DNA of 63,913 nt, counting the filler, from Candidatus Fermentibacterota bacterium (GTDB lineage: Bacteria > JAFGKV01): the NCBI GenBank assembly GCA_016928395.1. It is 7 parts of 7 records of this genome, joined end to end, with 100 filler letters (N's around TTAATTAATTAA, not from the genome) between each part and the next. Parts side by side here need not be neighbours in the genome. Positions count along the whole stretch, not along the records: positions 53,823 to 61,216 come from JAFGKV010000176.1; positions 61,317 to 63,913 come from JAFGKV010000220.1; 5 more parts are not named here. One strand, 5' to 3'. The notes beneath the pieces were generated by a model. That model was given only the letters and a program-made list of their open reading frames with translations. It was not told the origin of the DNA and did no database searches. Positions within the stretch are counted from its first letter, which is position 1. Every line of letters starts with the position of its first letter. Position numbers and translations under genes: made by a program. Below are positions 59,817 to 63,913 of the stretch, one piece after another.

Positions 59817-60961
59817 CCATCTGCGATCTCACGAGTGCATATACCACTGCCAGCGGCGGCATTCGCACGTACCTGCACGAGAAGCGTCGCTTCATCCTGG
59901 CTCACACACCGCACCGCCATGTCATGGTCGTTCCAGGCGCCATGGACGAAGTCGTGCGTGAGGGCAGGGCGGTGACCTACACGGTTCGCGGTCTCCCTAT
60001 TCCCGGTTGCGCCCCGTACCGGGCGCTCCACAGGCTGGATAAGGTGCTGGGGATTCTCCACCATGAGCGGCCCGATATCCTGGAACTGGGTACTGGCTAT
60101 GCTCTGCCATGGGCGGCGTTTCGATTCCGGCGCCACAGTGGCGCCGCCGTGGTCGGATTCTGTCATACCGACTATGTCCATGCCTATGTGCGGCCCTTCC
60201 TCGTCCGTCGGGCACCGCTACTCGCCGGGGCAGGCACGAGGCTGGCGCTTCGGCACTTCGTTTGGGTCTACCGGAACTGCGATGCCGTGTTCGCCGCATC
60301 TGACGCCATGATCGGTGTGCTCGCCGATGCCGGAGTGGATGCAGTGAAGACACCCCTCGGGGTCGACGTGGAGCTGTTTCATCCCGCCAGGCGTGATGAT
60401 GCCTTTCGACGAGACCTGGGCGTCAGTCCCGGCGGAATCCTTGTCACCTATGCTGGCCGGCTCGATGAGGAGAAGCGTATCGGCATGCTGCTGGAGGCCT
60501 TCCGGAAGGCGATGCCACACTTCGGCGGCTCGTTGCTCATCGTCGGCGATGGGCCCTGCGGCAGCGTGGTCGATAGTGCGGTCTCAACCTGTCCCCGGAT
60601 CAGGCGCATACCATACCAGCACGATCGGCTCCAGCTCGCCCGGATCCTCGCATCGGCTGACATCTATGTCACCGCCGGCCCGTATGAGACCTTCGCCCTT
60701 TCGGTAGTCGAGGCCCAGGCATCGGGGCTGCCCGTCGTCGGGGTCAAGGCCGGGGCACTCATTGAGCGCGTACCAAAGAGCCTCGGCCTCCTCGGCGAGG
60801 TTGACTCGGCGCACGACATAGCCGAGAACCTCATCGCCCTCTCGTGCAATGGGATGCGTGACAAGGGCAGGGCTGCTCGCGGTATGGTTGAAGCCACGCT
60901 CTCCTGGCAGACCTCGCTCAGCCGTCTGGTACGGACCTATGAGGATCTCCGGTGCCCATAG
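59813..60961 (+). CDS. Glycosyltransferase family 4
   Basis: SGGIRTYL, PLGVD, YAGRLDEEK and ETFALSVVEAQASGLP motifs. Confidence 0.9.
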   Translation: MTICDLTSAYTTASGGIRTYLHEKRRFILAHTPHRHVMVVPGAMDEVVREGRAVTYTVRGLPIPGCAPYRALHRLDKVLGILHHERPDILELGTGYALPWAAFRFRRHSGAAVVGFCHTDYVHAYVRPFLVRRAPLLAGAGTRLALRHFVWVYRNCDAVFAASDAMIGVLADAGVDAVKTPLGVDVELFHPARRDDAFRRDLGVSPGGILVTYAGRLDEEKRIGMLLEAFRKAMPHFGGSLLIVGDGPCGSVVDSAVSTCPRIRRIPYQHDRLQLARILASADIYVTAGPYETFALSVVEAQASGLPVVGVKAGALIERVPKSLGLLGEVDSAHDIAENLIALSCNGMRDKGRAARGMVEATLSWQTSLSRLVRTYEDLRCP

Positions 60962-60983
60962 CCCATCGGCGCCGAGAAGCTTC

Positions 60984-61216
60984 GTGAACGAGTCGGCGTG
61001 CTCGCCGCCCCTGCACCCCAGGGAGGCTGCATTCGTTGTCCCGCAGGGTCCGAACCTTGATGGCGGCCGCATTCGAACCATCGTCGCAACCTTGACGGTT
61101 CTGATTCCCGCCGGTGTCGTGCTGAATCTGGCCATTGGCGCCTATTCGTTTCCGACCCCGTCCTTCTTCGTCCACCATATCAGGGGGGGCTATCTCTGCG
61201 CGGCGATTCTCCTGGG
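60984..61216 (+). CDS. Membrane protein N-terminus, possibly lysylphosphatidylglycerol synthase TM/flippase-like; cut by the gap
   Basis: Hydrophobic helices continuing the operon; family inferred from context only. Confidence 0.4.
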
Positions 61217-61361
61217 NNNNNNNNNNNNNNNNNNNNNNNNNNNNNNNNNNNNNNNNNNNNTTAATTAATTAANNNNNNNNNNNNNNNNNNNNNNNNNNNN
61301 NNNNNNNNNNNNNNNNGAGCTGGTCAGACTGTCGCCTTCGGCCGGCGCGGCGACCGACCGT

Positions 61362-61435
61362 GCTGCGCGGGAATCGGCGAGCTCTTGATGTGGCTGACAG
61401 GGCTGCCGCGAAAAAGGTAACACAACTGGTAACAC
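61362..61435 (+). repeat. ~75-nt direct repeat, copy A, containing GGTAACA twice
   Basis: Aligns with 63610-63684 with about 12 differences by manual alignment. Confidence 0.8.
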
Positions 61436-61467
61436 CGCAGCACCCAGCATCGGCGTTTACCTGAGAG

Positions 61468-61635
61468 CTACTGCTGCTTCTTCGCGCGGACCCCGGACTT
61501 CTCGTCTCTTTCTACGACTGTGACCAGCAGGGATACCCTGGCGGGTGTGGGCGCCACAAAGAACCGGGCCTTATCCGTCAGAGCCCCCTGCTCTGCTGTG
61601 AGCGGCACGAAGGTCTCTTTGGGTTCGTCGGACAT
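61468..61635 (-). CDS. Possible 55-aa small protein
   Basis: MSDEPKETFVPLTAEQGALTDKARFFVAPTPARVSLLVTVVERDEKSGVRAKKQQ*; below the ORF-track cutoff, no clear RBS. Confidence 0.2.
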   Translation of the reverse strand: MSDEPKETFVPLTAEQGALTDKARFFVAPTPARVSLLVTVVERDEKSGVRAKKQQ

Positions 61636-61788
61636 CCTGACGAGTCGGGCCCTGGTTGTGGGGCGATCGAGCCCAATATTGTTTTGCGCTGGCCCGTCTC
61701 GATAGTCTACAATTGATGCAGAAGTACAGGCACGCGGAATTCGAAGAGAGATACCAAGACCGGTTCGCCCAGCGCAGGAGGAAAAGGA

Positions 61789-63435
61789 CTGGCAATCGAG
61801 AGGTTCCTGACCAGAGTAGTGCTTCTTTCTGCAATCGGTTGGGCTGCAATCCCTTTCGCTTGGGCGGATGGCGGCTACTTCGGGCCTCCCGAAGCGGTCA
61901 CGATCAGTGCCGATCAGCGGGCAATCATCATCAAGAATGGCAAGGACATCAGCATGACCTTCTCAACGGGTTACACCGGGGAAGGTGATGACTTCGGCTG
62001 GATCATTCCCACACCGGTTCCCGTGGCCATCGAGGATGTCAGTGAAACAGGCGAGAACGGAGAAGACGCATTCGAGATTCTTGATCTCCATACGGCGCCG
62101 GTTTTCCGGAGCGGAGGTGGATGTTTCCCTGCGGGAACGGAGGTGATAGCAACCGTCGGACTGCGTTCTATCGAGACTGTGGATCATGGGACGGACGTCT
62201 ATGCTTTCGATCTAGCGAGCGGCGAGTGGGTCGAGACCCCTGTTCTCGCTAGAAAATCCTTTCGGTACCAAGGAGACATGATCTCGATCCACCTCGGAGA
62301 TGACCTGATCCAGGCAACGGGCAACCAACCTTTCTACGTGATGCGAGGCGAGGGCCTTGCACTCCGACCGCAGCCCGAAGACATTCCCGATGCGGGACGG
62401 ACAGCCACGAAATACGGACGGTGGGTGGAGGCGCGAGATCTTCGGGCGGGAGACATACTACGGGACACGGGCGGCGCAGGCCTTGTGATCGCAGGCCTAT
62501 CGAGGGCTCATGCGACGACCGAAGTGTTCTGTCTCGAGATCGAACACCATCACAACTGCGCGGTACACCGCTTGGGAGTGCTTGCGCACAACGGCAAAGC
62601 AAGTGAATCGTCGGAGGAACCAGCTACAGCGGCCGCAGTGACGCTATACGGAAACGTTGTTCTGGAACACTATGAAGTGAGCGTTGTAGGTGCGGCAGAT
62701 GCCACAGCTCTTCTGGCCTGGCTTGAGAAAAACGGCTATCAGGCAAGTCCGGACGCTCGGGGAGTTCTGGATGCGTACATCGACAAGGGCTGGGCGTTTG
62801 CGGCCGTCAAGCTCAATCCGGGCGACAGACGACACTACGAGAACACCTTCCCGCCACCGCTCACGCTGCAGTATCAGCACGACCGGCTCATCTTTCCGCT
62901 CCACATCTCCTCGGTCAGTACAACTCAGGCCATCAGGATTACCCTTTACGTGATCGCCGAAAGTACGGTATCTTCGCCCAATTTCCCCACCAGGACCCTG
63001 AAGTACGACAGGAAGTCCCTCTCCTACAGGGACCCCAAGAGCTACGTCGAAGCCTGCATCCGCGACACAATGGGAGACAAGACTCAAGCGATGGTAGTGA
63101 TATGGAGAGGGAAGTTCTACGAGTCCTATCGGTTGAGGATCCCATTTCGGGGGGAGAAGCGCAGACGGACCTACCTAACGCGACTCGAGACCAGGATCGA
63201 GCCGGCAGCCCTGAGAGAGGACGTCGAACTCACGATGAATCTCTGGCCGCGGAAGTTTCGGGTTCACTACGCAGGGACCGAGGCCCATGAGAGCTTCCGC
63301 AACATCATGACCCTACTACTACTAGCCGGACTGGTCTTGTTCTGGCCTGCTGTAGTCGTCGTGGTAATCGTGCTTGTGATTCGCCGGATCAAGAAACGCA
63401 GGAGGCAACCCTCGGGATCACCTGGCGGCCTATGA
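61789..63435 (+). CDS. DUF2330-like exported, membrane-anchored protein containing a Hint domain (62122-62592)
   Basis: Signal peptide (probable CTG start 7 nt after AGGAGG; the ORF track starts at GTG 61819); QRAII, FGWIIPTP, WL..NGY..Y...GW.F.AVKL and YLTRL; insert CFPAGT...HN; C-terminal TM with a basic tail. Confidence 0.82.
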   Translation: MAIERFLTRVVLLSAIGWAAIPFAWADGGYFGPPEAVTISADQRAIIIKNGKDISMTFSTGYTGEGDDFGWIIPTPVPVAIEDVSETGENGEDAFEILDLHTAPVFRSGGGCFPAGTEVIATVGLRSIETVDHGTDVYAFDLASGEWVETPVLARKSFRYQGDMISIHLGDDLIQATGNQPFYVMRGEGLALRPQPEDIPDAGRTATKYGRWVEARDLRAGDILRDTGGAGLVIAGLSRAHATTEVFCLEIEHHHNCAVHRLGVLAHNGKASESSEEPATAAAVTLYGNVVLEHYEVSVVGAADATALLAWLEKNGYQASPDARGVLDAYIDKGWAFAAVKLNPGDRRHYENTFPPPLTLQYQHDRLIFPLHISSVSTTQAIRITLYVIAESTVSSPNFPTRTLKYDRKSLSYRDPKSYVEACIRDTMGDKTQAMVVIWRGKFYESYRLRIPFRGEKRRRTYLTRLETRIEPAALREDVELTMNLWPRKFRVHYAGTEAHESFRNIMTLLLLAGLVLFWPAVVVVVIVLVIRRIKKRRRQPSGSPGGL

Positions 63436-63609
63436 GAATGCCCCGCCCACGTAGAGCCAGCGAACCCGCAGATCCCGAACCTGACGCGGCTCGTGGACGT
63501 CCAGCTCCCTTGTCCGAGAGGTTTTTCGATGGGGCGGCATGGGCCGCGAACCTGCGACCCCCAGCGTGTCGAGCAGAATCGGGCGTGATATAGGTGATAT
63601 GGCTGCTGC

Positions 63610-63684
63610 GCTGCGCGGGAAATCGGCGATTTCTTGATATGGCTGATATAGCTGCTGTGAAAATGGTAACAAACCTGGTAACAC
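63610..63684 (+). repeat. ~75-nt direct repeat, copy B
   Basis: GCTGCGCGGGAAATCGGCGA..TCTTGAT.TGGCTGA....GCTGC.G.GAAAA.GGTAACA.A.CTGGTAACAC. Confidence 0.8.
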
Positions 63685-63711
63685 TCCGCGACAGGGCATC
63701 TCGGATCGCTC

Positions 63712-63750
63712 TTGACAAGAACCCGCACCATGTCTTACATTGTAACACAT
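63712..63750 (+). promoter_or_regulatory. Promoter and operator for the CopG-type gene; likely leaderless transcript
   Basis: TTGACA (63712) - 18 nt - TACATT (63736), 7 nt before the ATG; imperfect palindrome ATGTCTTACA-T-TGTAACACAT. Confidence 0.65.
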
Positions 63751-63913
63751 GAAGACCTCAACCCTCACGATAAGATTGGACGCGAATCTGGAGGAGCTCC
63801 TCACACAGGCTAGCCAGCGGGCCGGAGTTTCCCGAAGCGAGCTGGCTCGGGAAGCTCTGCGCCGCCAGCTCCGAATCATCCAGCTGGAAGCCCTTAGAAA
63901 GCGGATCGTGCCA
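63749..63913 (+). CDS. CopG/ribbon-helix-helix protein, probable antitoxin; runs off the window edge
   Basis: Not in the ORF track: MKTSTLTIRLDANLEELLTQASQRAGVSRSELAREALRRQL. Confidence 0.85.
   Translation, partial: MKTSTLTIRLDANLEELLTQASQRAGVSRSELAREALRRQLRIIQLEALRKRIVP

Noticed and set aside
23270-61316. Recurring TTAATTAATTAA motif within N runs
   Set aside because: Artificial six-frame-stop contig linker; not biological, and gene order across it cannot be interpreted.
62122-62592. Canonical splicing intein
   Set aside because: The +1 residue is Gly, the block-B His is absent, and the host is an exported protein; treated as a BIL/Hint-type domain instead.
1-63913. tRNA or rRNA genes, and a DGR variable repeat
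   Set aside because: No cloverleaf or rRNA signature and no second RGG.W..RSA.R..GFR copy were seen by eye; tRNAscan-SE and BLASTN would be needed to exclude them formally.

Overview
This GC-rich bacterial window is a concatenation of 7 contig pieces joined by artificial 100-nt spacers (N44-TTAATTAATTAA-N44) at 23270-23369, 30566-30665, 36438-36537, 47174-47273, 53723-53822 and 61217-61316, so adjacency across spacers means nothing biologically. Many secreted peptidases (S8, M6, C25, C45) with FlgD-Ig/T9SS-like tails plus a TonB receptor suggest a peptide-degrading diderm of an FCB-related candidate phylum (inference). Housekeeping and accessory genes include pckG (partial), a TPP-riboswitch-led TonB receptor and Na+:solute symporter, mtaB, an ECF sigma cluster, pepT, a putative restriction-modification pair, an AbrB/PIN toxin-antitoxin pair, a CopG-type gene and a PAP2/GT4/PHP cluster. 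The most notable signals are: (1) a diversity-generating retroelement (DGR) with an intact Asn/AAC-rich template repeat downstream of an RT gene that is cut inside its conserved motif by an IS-like end; (2) a Hint domain inserted in a DUF2330-like membrane protein, bracketed by ~75-nt direct repeats; (3) a second, non-FlgD C-terminal Fn3-like domain shared by four unrelated secreted proteins; (4) a tandem palindrome (TATAGGACATGTCCTATA) found at two unlinked loci; (5) composite heptamer-based repeats that bracket accessory genes. All family calls come from motif recognition by eye, not database searches.
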